A stretch of DNA of 64,000 bases from an uncultured Acidobacteriota bacterium (GTDB lineage: Bacteria > Acidobacteriota > Vicinamibacteria > Fen-336), in contig OY970399.1 in assembly GCA_963720545.1 (NCBI GenBank), positions 3,744,001-3,808,000 on the forward strand. The letters run 5' to 3'. Below the pieces are notes generated by a model. It worked only from the letters and a program-made list of their open reading frames with translations, searched no databases and was not told where the DNA came from. Both the position numbers and the translations under genes were made by a program. Positions 40,569 to 49,937 of the stretch are shown one piece after another (the first letter of the stretch is position 1; each line of letters begins with the position of its first letter).

Positions 40569-42100
40569 CGTTCCACGGCCGCGACCCGGTCACAGGCGCG
40601 GCACTCGAGCCGCCGTACACCGACGCCACGCTCGACGATATCGACGCCGCCTGCCGCCGCGCCGAGGATGCGGCAGCCGCCTACGCGGCGCTCCCGGCCG
40701 CGCGCCGCGCGCAGCTCCTGCGCGCGACCGCCGATGCGCTCGAGGCGCAGGGTGCGGCGCTCCTCGAACGCGCCCGCGCCGAGACCGGCCTGCCACTGCC
40801 GCGGCTCGAGGGCGAACGCGGCCGCACCACGGCCCAGTTGCGTCTGTTCGCCGAGGTCGTGGACGAAGGCACTTGGGTGGAGGCGCGCATCGACCGCGCG
40901 CTGCCCGAGCGCAAGCCGGAGCGTCCCGACATCCGCCGCATGCTGCACCCGCTCGGCCCGGTGGCCGTGTTCGGCGCCTCGAACTTTCCGCTGGCGTTCT
41001 CGGTGGCGGGCGGCGACACCGCTTCGGCGCTCGCGGCCGGATGTCCGGTGGTGGTGAAGGCGCATCCCGCGCATCCCGGCACGAGCGATCTGGCGGCAGA
41101 GGCGATTCGTGCGGCGTGCGCGGCCACGCAGATGCCCGAGGGCGTCTTTGGCATGGTGCAAGGCGCCGGCGCCGACGTTGGCGGCGCGCTGGTGGAGCAT
41201 CCGGCGATTCGTGCCGTCGCATTCACCGGCTCGCTGCGCGGCGGCCGCGCGCTCTTCGACCTCGCGGCGCGCCGTCCCAGCCCGGTGCCGTTCTACGGCG
41301 AGCTCGGCTCGGCGAATCCGGTCTTCATCCTGCCTGCGGCGATGGCGGCGCGTGGCGCCCAGATCGCCGCCGGCCTGGTGGCGTCGGTGACCCTCGGCTC
41401 GGGACAGTTCTGCACCAACCCGGGGCTCGCGTTCCTCGACGGCTCGAGCGCTTCGGACGCGTTCGTGCAGCGCGTCTGCGAACTGATCGCGGCAGCACCA
41501 GCCGGGACCATGGTGCACGACGGCATCCGCGCGGCGTTCGACGCGGACGTGGCGAAGGTCGCGGCGCTCGACGGCGTGGCCCTTGCCGCCCAGGGCAGTC
41601 CGGCCGCGGACCCGCGCACCGCGGCGGCGCGCACCGCACTCTTCGTCGCCGACGGGTCCGCATATCTGCGCCACGAGCGGCTGGCCGCCGAGATCTACGG
41701 TCCGGCCACTGTTGCCGTGCGCTGCGCCGACCGCGCGCAGCTCCTCGACATCGCCCGCTCGCTGACCGGCCACCTGACGGCCACCGTGCATGCCGATGGC
41801 GACGATCTCGCGCGGCATGCCGATCTCATCGAAATCCTGCGCACCAAGGTGGGGCGGCTGGTGGTGAACGGTTTTCCCACCGGCGTCGAGGTGTCGCCCG
41901 CGATGCACCACGGCGGCCCGTATCCCGCGGCCACCGACCCGCGCGCCACCTCGGTGGGCACCGCCGCGATCGCGCGCTTCGCACGGCCGGTCTGCTACCA
42001 GGGCTTTCCCGACGCGGCGCTGCCGGTCGAGCTGCGGCGCGCCAACGAGCGCGGCATCTTCCGCCTCGTGGACGGCGCGCTCACCAGGGAACCGGCGTGA
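40565..42100 (+). CDS. NADP-dependent aldehyde dehydrogenase, alpha-ketoglutaric semialdehyde dehydrogenase type
   Basis: VFGASNFPLAFSVAGGDTASALAAGCPVVVKAHPAHP, GQFCTNPG, HGGPYPA; hydroxyproline gene context. Confidence 0.9.
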   Translation: MTFHGRDPVTGAALEPPYTDATLDDIDAACRRAEDAAAAYAALPAARRAQLLRATADALEAQGAALLERARAETGLPLPRLEGERGRTTAQLRLFAEVVDEGTWVEARIDRALPERKPERPDIRRMLHPLGPVAVFGASNFPLAFSVAGGDTASALAAGCPVVVKAHPAHPGTSDLAAEAIRAACAATQMPEGVFGMVQGAGADVGGALVEHPAIRAVAFTGSLRGGRALFDLAARRPSPVPFYGELGSANPVFILPAAMAARGAQIAAGLVASVTLGSGQFCTNPGLAFLDGSSASDAFVQRVCELIAAAPAGTMVHDGIRAAFDADVAKVAALDGVALAAQGSPAADPRTAAARTALFVADGSAYLRHERLAAEIYGPATVAVRCADRAQLLDIARSLTGHLTATVHADGDDLARHADLIEILRTKVGRLVVNGFPTGVEVSPAMHHGGPYPAATDPRATSVGTAAIARFARPVCYQGFPDAALPVELRRANERGIFRLVDGALTREPA

Positions 42101-43044
42101 GTGGCTCGCCGCGCGCGCCGATCGAGGTGATCGACTCGCACACCGAAGGCGAACCGACGCGGGTGGTGGTCGCCGGATGGCCGGCGCCGCAAGGCGCGAC
42201 CATGGCGGCACGGCGCGACTTCATGAGCGCCCACCAGGACGAGCTGCGCCGCGCCATCATCCTCGAGCCGCGCGGACACGCCGCAATCGTCGGCGCGTTG
42301 CTGACGGAACCGGTCAGCCCCGGCGCCGAGGCCGGCGTCGTGTTCTTCAACAACGTCGGCTATCTCAACATGTGCGGCCACGGCCTGATCGGCGTCGCGG
42401 CGACGCTCGCCGCAATGGGCCGCGAAGCGCGCGGCGAGGTGCGCCTCGACACGCCCGTCGGTCCGGTCGCCGCCAGCTTCCTGGGCGAAGGCGCCGTCGC
42501 CATCACCAACGTGCCGGCGTATGCGCACGCGCAGGATGTCGAAGTCGACGTGCCGCCCTACGGCCGTTTTCGCGGCGACATCGCCTGGGGCGGCAACTGG
42601 TTCTTCCTCACCGAACTGCCCGGCGCCGAGCTCGAGATGCAGAACGTGGACGAGCTGTCGCGGGTGAGCGTCGCGATCATGGCGGCGCTCGCGCAGCAGG
42701 CCATCGGCGGCGCCGACGGCCGGCGCATCGACCACGTCGAATTGTTCGCGGCGCCGCGGCGCGCCGACGCCGACTCGCGCAACTTCGTCATGTGCCCGGG
42801 CGGCGCCTACGATCGCTCGCCGTGCGGCACCGGCACCTCGGCGAAGATGGCGGCGCTTTTCGCGCGCGGCAAGCTGGCGCTTGGCCAGCGCTGGCGCCAG
42901 GAGAGCATCACCGGCAGCCTGTTCACGGGCTGGCTCAGCGAGCAGGACGGCGCGCTCGTCCCGCACATCGAGGGCCGCGCGTTCGTCACCGGCCGTGCGC
43001 GCTTCGAGTTCGCCCCGGACGATCCGTTCCGCGACGGGCTGTGA
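42097..43044 (+). CDS. 4-hydroxyproline 2-epimerase / proline racemase family
   Basis: IDSHTEGEPTR, EPRGH, MCGHG, DRSPCGTGTSA (both catalytic Cys); GTGA overlap. Confidence 0.92.
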   Translation: MSGSPRAPIEVIDSHTEGEPTRVVVAGWPAPQGATMAARRDFMSAHQDELRRAIILEPRGHAAIVGALLTEPVSPGAEAGVVFFNNVGYLNMCGHGLIGVAATLAAMGREARGEVRLDTPVGPVAASFLGEGAVAITNVPAYAHAQDVEVDVPPYGRFRGDIAWGGNWFFLTELPGAELEMQNVDELSRVSVAIMAALAQQAIGGADGRRIDHVELFAAPRRADADSRNFVMCPGGAYDRSPCGTGTSAKMAALFARGKLALGQRWRQESITGSLFTGWLSEQDGALVPHIEGRAFVTGRARFEFAPDDPFRDGL

Positions 43045-44153
43045 GCCGGGACGTCATCGTCGTCGGCGCCGGCATCGTCGGCGCCGCCTGTGCCGAGGCG
43101 CTTGCGGCGGACGGCCGCGAGGTCCTGATCCTCGAGGGCGGCTTCGCCGCCTGTGGCGCGACCGCGGCCGGCATGGGGCACCTGGTGGTGATGGACGACT
43201 CGGACGCCGAGTTCGCGTTGTCGCGCTACTCGTGCGACTTGTGGCGGGAGCGCGCCGCTGCGATGCCCGCCGATTGCGAGGATGACCCGTGCGGCACGGT
43301 CTGGGTTGCCGCGGACGACGAGGAGATGTCGTTCCTGCCGCAAAAGGCCGCCTATTACCGCGATCGTGGCATCGCCGCCGAGATCTGGGACGCGAAGACG
43401 CTGCTGCGCAACGAGCCGAGCCTGCGGCCCGGCCTCGCCGGCGGCTTCCACGTGCCGGGCGACCGCGTCATCTATCCTCCCAATGCCGCACGCTGGCTGT
43501 GCGGTGCAGCGCTGACACGGGGCGCGCGCCTGCGTGAAGGAGCGCGCGTGAGCCGCATCGCGGCCGGCGGCACGGTGACGCTCGAGGGCGGCGAAACGCT
43601 GCAGGCGGACGTGGTGGTGAACGCAGCCGGCGTCGACGCGCCGAGCCTCAGCCCGGGACTTCGCATCGCGCCGCGCAAGGGCCACCTCGTCATCACCGAC
43701 CGCTATCCGCGCACGGTGCGGCGGCAGCTGGTGGAGCTGGGCTACCTGAAGAGCGCGCACACGCTCGGCGACAGCGACTCGGTCGCCTTCAACGTGCAGC
43801 CGCGCAAGACCGGGCAGCTGCTCATCGGCTCGTCGCGCGAGTTCGTCGGCATGCGCGGCGGCATCAACACCGAGGTGTTGCGGCGGATGCTGGCGCGCGC
43901 GGCGGACTACCTGCCGATGCTCACGGGCTTGTCGGCGCTGCGCGTCTGGACCGGGTTTCGGCCGGCAACGCCGGACAAGCTGCCGTTCATCGGCGCGTGG
44001 GAAGAAGGTGTCTTCGTCGCCGCCGGCCACGAGGGGCTCGGCATCGCCACTGCGTTGGGCACGGGCGGCCTCATCGCCGACCTGGTGGCGGGCCGCGCGC
44101 CGGCGATCGATCCGGCGCCGTTCGCGCCGCGGCGCGCACTGGACGGCCAATGA
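43041..44153 (+). CDS. FAD-dependent oxidoreductase, D-hydroxyproline dehydrogenase beta-like subunit
   Basis: VGAGIVGAA, GATAAGMGH, PRKGHL, WTGFRPATPD, GHEGLG. Confidence 0.85.
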   Translation: MSRDVIVVGAGIVGAACAEALAADGREVLILEGGFAACGATAAGMGHLVVMDDSDAEFALSRYSCDLWRERAAAMPADCEDDPCGTVWVAADDEEMSFLPQKAAYYRDRGIAAEIWDAKTLLRNEPSLRPGLAGGFHVPGDRVIYPPNAARWLCGAALTRGARLREGARVSRIAAGGTVTLEGGETLQADVVVNAAGVDAPSLSPGLRIAPRKGHLVITDRYPRTVRRQLVELGYLKSAHTLGDSDSVAFNVQPRKTGQLLIGSSREFVGMRGGINTEVLRRMLARAADYLPMLTGLSALRVWTGFRPATPDKLPFIGAWEEGVFVAAGHEGLGIATALGTGGLIADLVAGRAPAIDPAPFAPRRALDGQ

Positions 44154-44407
44154 CGGTCCGCGTGACCATCGACGGCCGCGCGGTGGAAGCAGCCGCCGGG
44201 ACGAGCGTCGCGGCTGCGGCGTGGAACGCCGGCGTCGTGAGCCTGCGGCAAGCCGTGGCCGGCGAGCCGCGCGGCGCCTGGTGCGCCATGGGCGTGTGCT
44301 TCGAGTGCCGGGTGCGCATCGACGGTGTGCGGCACCAGCGCGCGTGCATGGAGTTGGTTCGCGAAGGCATGGTCATCGAAACCGGGGCCGGCGAGAGCGA
44401 GCCATGA
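44150..44407 (+). CDS. (2Fe-2S) subunit, D-hydroxyproline dehydrogenase gamma-like
   Basis: CAMGVCFEC..RAC; ATGA overlaps at both ends. Confidence 0.87.
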   Translation: MTVRVTIDGRAVEAAAGTSVAAAAWNAGVVSLRQAVAGEPRGAWCAMGVCFECRVRIDGVRHQRACMELVREGMVIETGAGESEP

Positions 44408-45669
44408 GCGGCGCTGCCGGCATCGTCGAGGCAGACGTCCTCGTCGTCGGCGCAGGACCGGCCGGGATCGCAGCCGCCGTCACCGCAGCGGCGGCTGGTG
44501 CGAAGGTCGTGCTGGCGGACGAGGGGCAGCATGCTGGCGGGCAGATCTGGCGCGGTGCTGGTGGCGCGGCTCCGGATGTGCAGGCCGCCGCGTGGTTCGC
44601 GCGGCTGCGCGCTTCGGCGGTGCCGCACCTGTCCGGGGTTGCCGTCGTCGCGGTGCGCGAACCGGGCCGCTATCTCGCCGAGCGTGCCGGCGAAGCGTTC
44701 TTGCTGTCGGCCCCCAGGACGATCGTCGCCACCGGCGCGCGCGAGCTGTTCCTGCCGTTTCCGGGCTGGACGCTGCCGGCCGTGCTCGGCGTCGGCGGCG
44801 CGCAGGCGCTGCTGAAGTCGGGTGCTTCGTTCGCGGGACTGCGCGTCGTGGTCGCGGGCACCGGCCCGCTGCTGCTCCCGGTCGCGGCATCGCTGGCGCA
44901 CGCCGGCGCGCGCATCCGCGTGGTCGCGGAGCAGGCGGGCCTCGGTTCGGTCGCCGCCTTCGGTGCATCGCTGTGGCGGCGTCCGTCGAAGGCGTCGCAG
45001 GCGGTTCGCTATCGTGCGGCGTTCGCCGCGGCGCGTTACCGCACCGGCACCTGGGTGGCGGCCGCCACGGGCAGCGGGCGTGTCGCGAGCGTGCGCCTCA
45101 CCAACGGCCGCAGCTCCTGGAGCGAAGAGTGCGATGTCCTCGCGTGCGCCTACGGCCTGGTACCGAACCTCGAGCTGCCCCGTGCGCTAGGTTGCGCAAT
45201 CGCGTCGGGGTTCGTGCGCGTCGACGCGCGGCAGGCGACGAGCGCGGGGTCCGTATGGGCGGCGGGGGAGACGACCGGCATCGGCGGTGTCGAGCGCTCG
45301 CTCCTCGAAGGTGAGATCGCCGGGCTCGCCGCTGTCAACCGCGAAGTGCCCGCGGCGCTGCGCGCGCGCCATGCCGCGGAACAGGAATTCGCAGCAAGGC
45401 TGCGGCGCGCCTTTGCGCTGCGCGGCGAACTGCGCGGCCTGGCGCAGCCGGACACCATCCTGTGCCGCTGCGAGGACGTGGCGTTCGGCCGCGTCGATCC
45501 CGCCTGGAGCCGCCGCCAGGCAAAGCTCTACACCCGCGCCGGCATGGGTGCCTGCCAGGGCCGCATCTGCGGCGCCGCGCTCGACGTCATCGGCGGGATC
45601 GAGGCAGGGTCGGCAAGCGAAGAACGGCCGCCGCAGAGGCCCGTGAAGGTGGCAACGCTCCTAGAATAG
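44404..45669 (+). CDS. FAD/NAD(P)-binding oxidoreductase, D-hydroxyproline dehydrogenase alpha-like subunit
   Basis: VGAGPAG, ATGARE..PFPGWTLP, CRCEDV, GMGACQGRIC. Confidence 0.85.
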   Translation: MSGAAGIVEADVLVVGAGPAGIAAAVTAAAAGAKVVLADEGQHAGGQIWRGAGGAAPDVQAAAWFARLRASAVPHLSGVAVVAVREPGRYLAERAGEAFLLSAPRTIVATGARELFLPFPGWTLPAVLGVGGAQALLKSGASFAGLRVVVAGTGPLLLPVAASLAHAGARIRVVAEQAGLGSVAAFGASLWRRPSKASQAVRYRAAFAAARYRTGTWVAAATGSGRVASVRLTNGRSSWSEECDVLACAYGLVPNLELPRALGCAIASGFVRVDARQATSAGSVWAAGETTGIGGVERSLLEGEIAGLAAVNREVPAALRARHAAEQEFAARLRRAFALRGELRGLAQPDTILCRCEDVAFGRVDPAWSRRQAKLYTRAGMGACQGRICGAALDVIGGIEAGSASEERPPQRPVKVATLLE

Positions 45670-45673
45670 CGGC

Positions 45674-46564
45674 ATGAAATGGTTCGGCGTCATGCCCGCG
45701 ATCACCACACCCTTCAAGCCGGACCTGACGATCGATTTCGACGCGTTGCGCGTCCACGTGGACCGCATGGTCGAGGCCGGGGCCACGGGCGTCGTGGCAC
45801 TCGGCTCGCTGGGCGAGGGGCAGACGCTGCGCACCGAAGAGAAGCTGGCGGTGCTCGCGGTCTGCCGCGAGACGTTGCAGGGCCGCGCGGCGCTCGTGGC
45901 CGGCATCGCCGCGCTCAGCACCGCCGATGCGTGCGACCTGGCGAAGGCGGCGGCGTCGGTCGGCTGCGACGGCCTGATGGTGCTGCCGCCCTACGTCTAC
46001 AAGGGCGACTGGCGCGAGAACGAGGTTTTTTTCCGCACGGTGATGGCGGCGACACCGCTCTCGTGCATGCTCTACAACAACCCGCTCGCCTATGGCACCG
46101 ACGTTCTGCCCGAGCAGCTCGCACACCTCGCGGCCACAGTACAGAACCTGCACGCGGTGAAGGAGTCGAGTGCCGACGTTCGCCGTATCACCGCGATCCG
46201 CGCGACCTCAGGCGAACGCCTCGCGCTGTTCGCGGGCGTGGACGACCTGATCCTCGAGGCCATGGGCGTCGGCGCCGTCGGCTGGATCGCCGGGCTCGTG
46301 AATGCCTTCCCGCGCGAGTCGGTGCGGCTCTTCGACCTGGTGCGGGCCGGGCGCCACGACGACGCGCGCTCGCTCTACGAATGGTTCCTGCCGCTGCTGC
46401 GCCTCGACACCGGGCCAAAGTTCGTGCACCTCATCAAGCTCGCCCAACAGGAAGCCGGCATGGGTTCGGAGCGCGTGCGTCCGCCGCGGCTCGAACTGAG
46501 CGGCGCCGAACGCGCGCAGGCGCTCGCGGTCATCCACGAGCGCATGGCGAACTGCCCGCGCTAG
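45674..46564 (+). CDS. DHDPS/NAL family protein, probable 1-pyrroline-4-hydroxy-2-carboxylate deaminase
   Basis: GVMPAITTPF, LGSLGE, LYNNP..YG, VKESS, GWIAGLVNAFP; operon context. Confidence 0.85.
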   Translation: MKWFGVMPAITTPFKPDLTIDFDALRVHVDRMVEAGATGVVALGSLGEGQTLRTEEKLAVLAVCRETLQGRAALVAGIAALSTADACDLAKAAASVGCDGLMVLPPYVYKGDWRENEVFFRTVMAATPLSCMLYNNPLAYGTDVLPEQLAHLAATVQNLHAVKESSADVRRITAIRATSGERLALFAGVDDLILEAMGVGAVGWIAGLVNAFPRESVRLFDLVRAGRHDDARSLYEWFLPLLRLDTGPKFVHLIKLAQQEAGMGSERVRPPRLELSGAERAQALAVIHERMANCPR

Positions 46565-46568
46565 GCCG

Positions 46569-46997
46569 ATGGAGCTCCTGGTCCGCGCCTTCCCGATTCC
46601 CGAGTCGCGCACAGCCGACGTGCAGGCCTTCGCCGACGAGCTGCTGAAGCGGCGCAAGCGCGACACCGACGCCTTGTTCCGCCGCTCCGGCGTCGTCTCG
46701 GAGTCGTGGCAGCTGCAGCGCAGCCGCGCCGGCACGGTGCTGGTGCTCGTCACCTGGTGCAAAGACGCCGCCTCGTGGCGCAGCGCCGTCGCCACTTCGC
46801 GCGAGCCGTTCCAGGCCTGGTTCGCCGAGGCGCTGGCGCGCCTGTGCGACGCCGGTGCCGTGGCGGCGCTGCGCAGCGGTACCGCACAAACCGTGTTCGA
46901 GTGGCGCGACGCAAAGCCCAGGGCCGCGACGCCCTTGAAGGAGTCGAAGCCGAAGCGGGCGCCGCGCAAGGCGCCGAAGAAAGCGGCACGGCGCTAG
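46569..46997 (+). CDS. hypothetical protein (possibly DUF6176-like alpha/beta barrel) with Lys/Arg-rich tail
   Basis: Fills the gap between co-directional genes; tail KESKPKRAPRKAPKKAARR. Confidence 0.6.
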   Translation: MELLVRAFPIPESRTADVQAFADELLKRRKRDTDALFRRSGVVSESWQLQRSRAGTVLVLVTWCKDAASWRSAVATSREPFQAWFAEALARLCDAGAVAALRSGTAQTVFEWRDAKPRAATPLKESKPKRAPRKAPKKAARR

Positions 46998-47003
46998 CCG
47001 GGC

Positions 47004-47867
47004 ATGTTCGCCGCCATGTTGGCCCTGGGGGCAGCCGGCCTCTACGGGGTAGCCGACTTCATCGCCGCCCTCGCGACCAAGGGCCGTTCCGCCATCGGCA
47101 TGGCGCTTTTCTCGCAGGGCGTCGGCATGCTCGTGCTGGTCATGCTCGCAGCGTTTACCTCCACCGGGACGCCGGCGCGTGCCGACCTTTTGTGGGGCGC
47201 ATGCGCGGGCGTCGTCGGCCCGATCTCGCTCATCCTTCTCTACCGTGGCCTGGCTGACGGCTACATCAGCGTGGTGGCGCCGGTGACGGGTGTCGTCTCC
47301 ATCGCCTTTCCCGTCGCCTTCGGTGCTGTTGCGCTGGGCCAGCAGCCGACCGCCATGGTGCTGCTCGGTGTCGCGGTCGCGGCCGCGTCAGTGGTGTTCC
47401 TCGGCCTGGTGGCGCCGACAGAGGCGCCGCTCTCGGCGCGCACCTCGGCCCTGATGGCGCCCTTCTGGCTCGCGGTCGGCTCGGGCTTCGCCGGCGGACT
47501 CTTCTACGTCGCCCTGCAGCGCACCAGCGCCGGCTCCGGCCTCTGGCCGATGGTGGCCGCGCGCTGCACAGGCGTGTCGCTCATGTTCCTGGGTGGAGTG
47601 CTGCTTCGCCAGCTCGCCAACTGGAGAAAGCAGGTGAGCCAGGTGCCGCAGGTGGTCGTGTCGGGCGTGTTCGACGCGTTCGCCGGCGCCGCCTACCTGC
47701 TGGCGGTGCGCCGCGGCTCGCTCGCGATGGTGGTGACGCTCGTGTGCCTCTATCCGGCGGTCACCGTGTTCCTCGCGCGCGTCTTCCTTGCGGAGCGGCT
47801 GACCCGCTGGCAGCAGGCGGGCATGGTGCTCGCGGCCGCGTCGGTCCTGCTCATTACCCGTCCCTGA
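47004..47867 (+). CDS. EamA/DMT family transporter
   Basis: About 10 TM helices, YGVADF, ISVVAP, LYPAVTV..LAERL. Confidence 0.85.
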   Translation: MFAAMLALGAAGLYGVADFIAALATKGRSAIGMALFSQGVGMLVLVMLAAFTSTGTPARADLLWGACAGVVGPISLILLYRGLADGYISVVAPVTGVVSIAFPVAFGAVALGQQPTAMVLLGVAVAAASVVFLGLVAPTEAPLSARTSALMAPFWLAVGSGFAGGLFYVALQRTSAGSGLWPMVAARCTGVSLMFLGGVLLRQLANWRKQVSQVPQVVVSGVFDAFAGAAYLLAVRRGSLAMVVTLVCLYPAVTVFLARVFLAERLTRWQQAGMVLAAASVLLITRP

Positions 47868-47917
47868 GGAAAAACTGAGGGCCCTTGCGCCCTCGCCGCG
47901 CGTACACTCGCCTCACC

Positions 47918-49048
47918 ATGACCCGCCTCGAAGCCGCGATCCTGCTGGCGTGCGCCCTGCCTCTCTCCGCCTGCGCGCCGAAGTTCATCCGCGTGCCGCT
48001 CAGCGCCTGCCCGGTGCAGACGCTGCCCAAGCCGGCGGACGAAAAGGTGCGCGTCCAGTACCTGGGCGTCGGCGGCTTCCTTTTCAAGCGCGGCGACGAC
48101 GTCATCATGACCGCGCCGCTGTACACGGCGCCCGGCGTGCTCGAGATGTTCCTGAGCCGCGAGCTGCGGCCGAACGCCGACCTCATCAACCAGCTGTTTC
48201 CCCAGGACGGCGAGAACGCGCGCGCGATCCTCGTCGGCCACTCGCACTACGACCACCTGATGGACGTGCCGTACATCGCCCTCAACCGGGCGAAGGCCGC
48301 GGACATCTACGGCAGCACCAACACCGCGCGCATGCTGGCGCCGATCGCCGCCGAGCTCAAGGCGAAGACCCCGCCGACCAGGCTCGTGAGCCTCGACCTC
48401 GGCGCGGGCGACGAGCGCTCGCCCGGGCGCTGGGTGAGCGTCGGCAGCGGCGTGCGCTTCATGGCGCTGCGCAGCGAGCACGCGCCGTTCTTCACACTCA
48501 AGATCAATCCGCCATTCCAGAAAGGCATCGAGCTGCCGTTCTACCTGCTGCGCGGCGGCAGCCTCAGCGAGGATGCGAAGGAGCTGCCGAAGGGCATCAT
48601 CGACTTCGTGCAGGGCCCGGTCTTCAAGTTCGTCATCGACTTCCTCGACAGCGCCGGCAAGCCCGCCTATCGCATCTACTACGAGGACACCGGCACCAGC
48701 ACCGCGGTGCGCTCGCTGCCCGCCGAGCTGCTCGCGGAGAAGCCGGTGGACCTTGCGATCCTGGCGCTCGACGGCGACGCCGCCGCCATGTCCGGCAAGC
48801 CGAGCGAGGACATCCTCTCGGTGCTCAAGCCCAAGGCGGTCCTGGTGGGACATTGGGAAGACTTCTTTTTCAGCCAGGATCTTGCCCGGCTCTCCGGGGA
48901 ATTCCACCAGATTCCGTCGGCCAGCATGTTCCAGGCGATCGACATCCAGGGCTTCGTCAAGCGCCTCAAGGCCTCCCTGAAGCCCGCGGGGACGCCCTAC
49001 TACATCCCGTGCCCGACGCGCTCGATTTTCGAGTTCCCGGTCGAATAA
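47918..49048 (+). CDS. metallo-beta-lactamase-fold lipoprotein
   Basis: Lipobox LSAC, GHSHYDH (HxHxDH), SEH, EDTG, GHWED. Confidence 0.82.
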   Translation: MTRLEAAILLACALPLSACAPKFIRVPLSACPVQTLPKPADEKVRVQYLGVGGFLFKRGDDVIMTAPLYTAPGVLEMFLSRELRPNADLINQLFPQDGENARAILVGHSHYDHLMDVPYIALNRAKAADIYGSTNTARMLAPIAAELKAKTPPTRLVSLDLGAGDERSPGRWVSVGSGVRFMALRSEHAPFFTLKINPPFQKGIELPFYLLRGGSLSEDAKELPKGIIDFVQGPVFKFVIDFLDSAGKPAYRIYYEDTGTSTAVRSLPAELLAEKPVDLAILALDGDAAAMSGKPSEDILSVLKPKAVLVGHWEDFFFSQDLARLSGEFHQIPSASMFQAIDIQGFVKRLKASLKPAGTPYYIPCPTRSIFEFPVE

Positions 49049-49090
49049 CGCGCCGTTATTGCGCGACCCGTGATGCTCGACACCATGGTT

Positions 49091-49119
49091 TTGGCAGGCG
49101 CAAGGACCTTGGCTAGACT
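49091..49119 (+). promoter_or_regulatory. sigma70-type promoter upstream of TEII/PKS operon
   Basis: TTGGCA-N17-TAGACT; SD GGAGG at 49152-49156 before TTG49167. Confidence 0.5.
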
Positions 49120-49166
49120 GCCGCCAAGTTTCCCTCGCCATTGCGACCTGCCGGAGGTCTTCTCCT

Positions 49167-49937
49167 TTGAATTCGCCGTGGTTCAAGCCGACGCCCGGTG
49201 AGGCCTCGAGCGGCCCCCTCCTCATCTGTTTCCCGCACGCGGGCGGCGGCGGAGCCGCGTTTCGCACCTGGCCGCGGCACCTCGCCGGCAAGGCGCGGGT
49301 GCTGGCGCTCCACCCGCCGGGCCGGGCGTCGCGCCTTGGCGAGGATCCGCTGCGCCGCATTGGCGACTCGGCCGAGTCGATCGCCGACGCGCTGCTGCCG
49401 CTGACCCACGAGCCCTATGTTTTCTTCGGCAACAGCATGGGCGCGCTCGTCGCCTTCGAGACGGCGCGCGCCTTGCGCGCCCGCGGCGCCCGCTCGCCGG
49501 CGCACCTTTTCGTCTCGGCGCGCCGCGGACCGCGCATCGCCGAGCTCGACCCGCCAATGGCCGCCCTCGACGACGCGCAGTTCGTCGCCGAGGTGCAGAA
49601 GCGCTACGCGGCGATCCCCGCCGAGGTGGCGCGCGAGCCCGAATTGATGGAACTGCTGCTGCCGGCGCTGCGCGCCGACTTCGAGGCGCTCGAGACCTAC
49701 CAGTACGCCGCCGCGCCGCCGCTCGACTGTGCCATCACCACCATCGCCGGCGAAACCGACGCGCGCGCCACGCTCGCGCTGCGCACGCCGTGGCGCGACG
49801 AGACGCGCGGCGCCTTCCACCAGGAGACGATGCCGGGCGGACACTTCTACTTCGCCTCGCCGGCCGCCGAGCAGCCGGTGCTCGCGTGGTTCGCCGGCAG
49901 GCTTGCTGCGCTCCGGGTCGCCGAGATCGTTTCGTGA
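49167..49937 (+). CDS. type II thioesterase
   Basis: LICFPHAGGG, FFGNSMG, LRADF, GGHFY. Confidence 0.93.
   Translation: MNSPWFKPTPGEASSGPLLICFPHAGGGGAAFRTWPRHLAGKARVLALHPPGRASRLGEDPLRRIGDSAESIADALLPLTHEPYVFFGNSMGALVAFETARALRARGARSPAHLFVSARRGPRIAELDPPMAALDDAQFVAEVQKRYAAIPAEVAREPELMELLLPALRADFEALETYQYAAAPPLDCAITTIAGETDARATLALRTPWRDETRGAFHQETMPGGHFYFASPAAEQPVLAWFAGRLAALRVAEIVS

Noticed and set aside
43041..45669. HcnABC hydrogen cyanide synthase or opine oxidase interpretation
   Set aside because: Same families, but the flanking epimerase, deaminase and semialdehyde dehydrogenase make D-hydroxyproline dehydrogenase much more parsimonious.
45674..46564. dapA (lysine biosynthesis)
   Set aside because: GSLGE replaces the GTTGE motif, and the context is hydroxyproline catabolism.
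47918..49048. Antibiotic-resistance metallo-beta-lactamase
   Set aside because: Only the generic HxHxDH fold motif is present; size and sequence do not resemble B1-B3 enzymes by eye.
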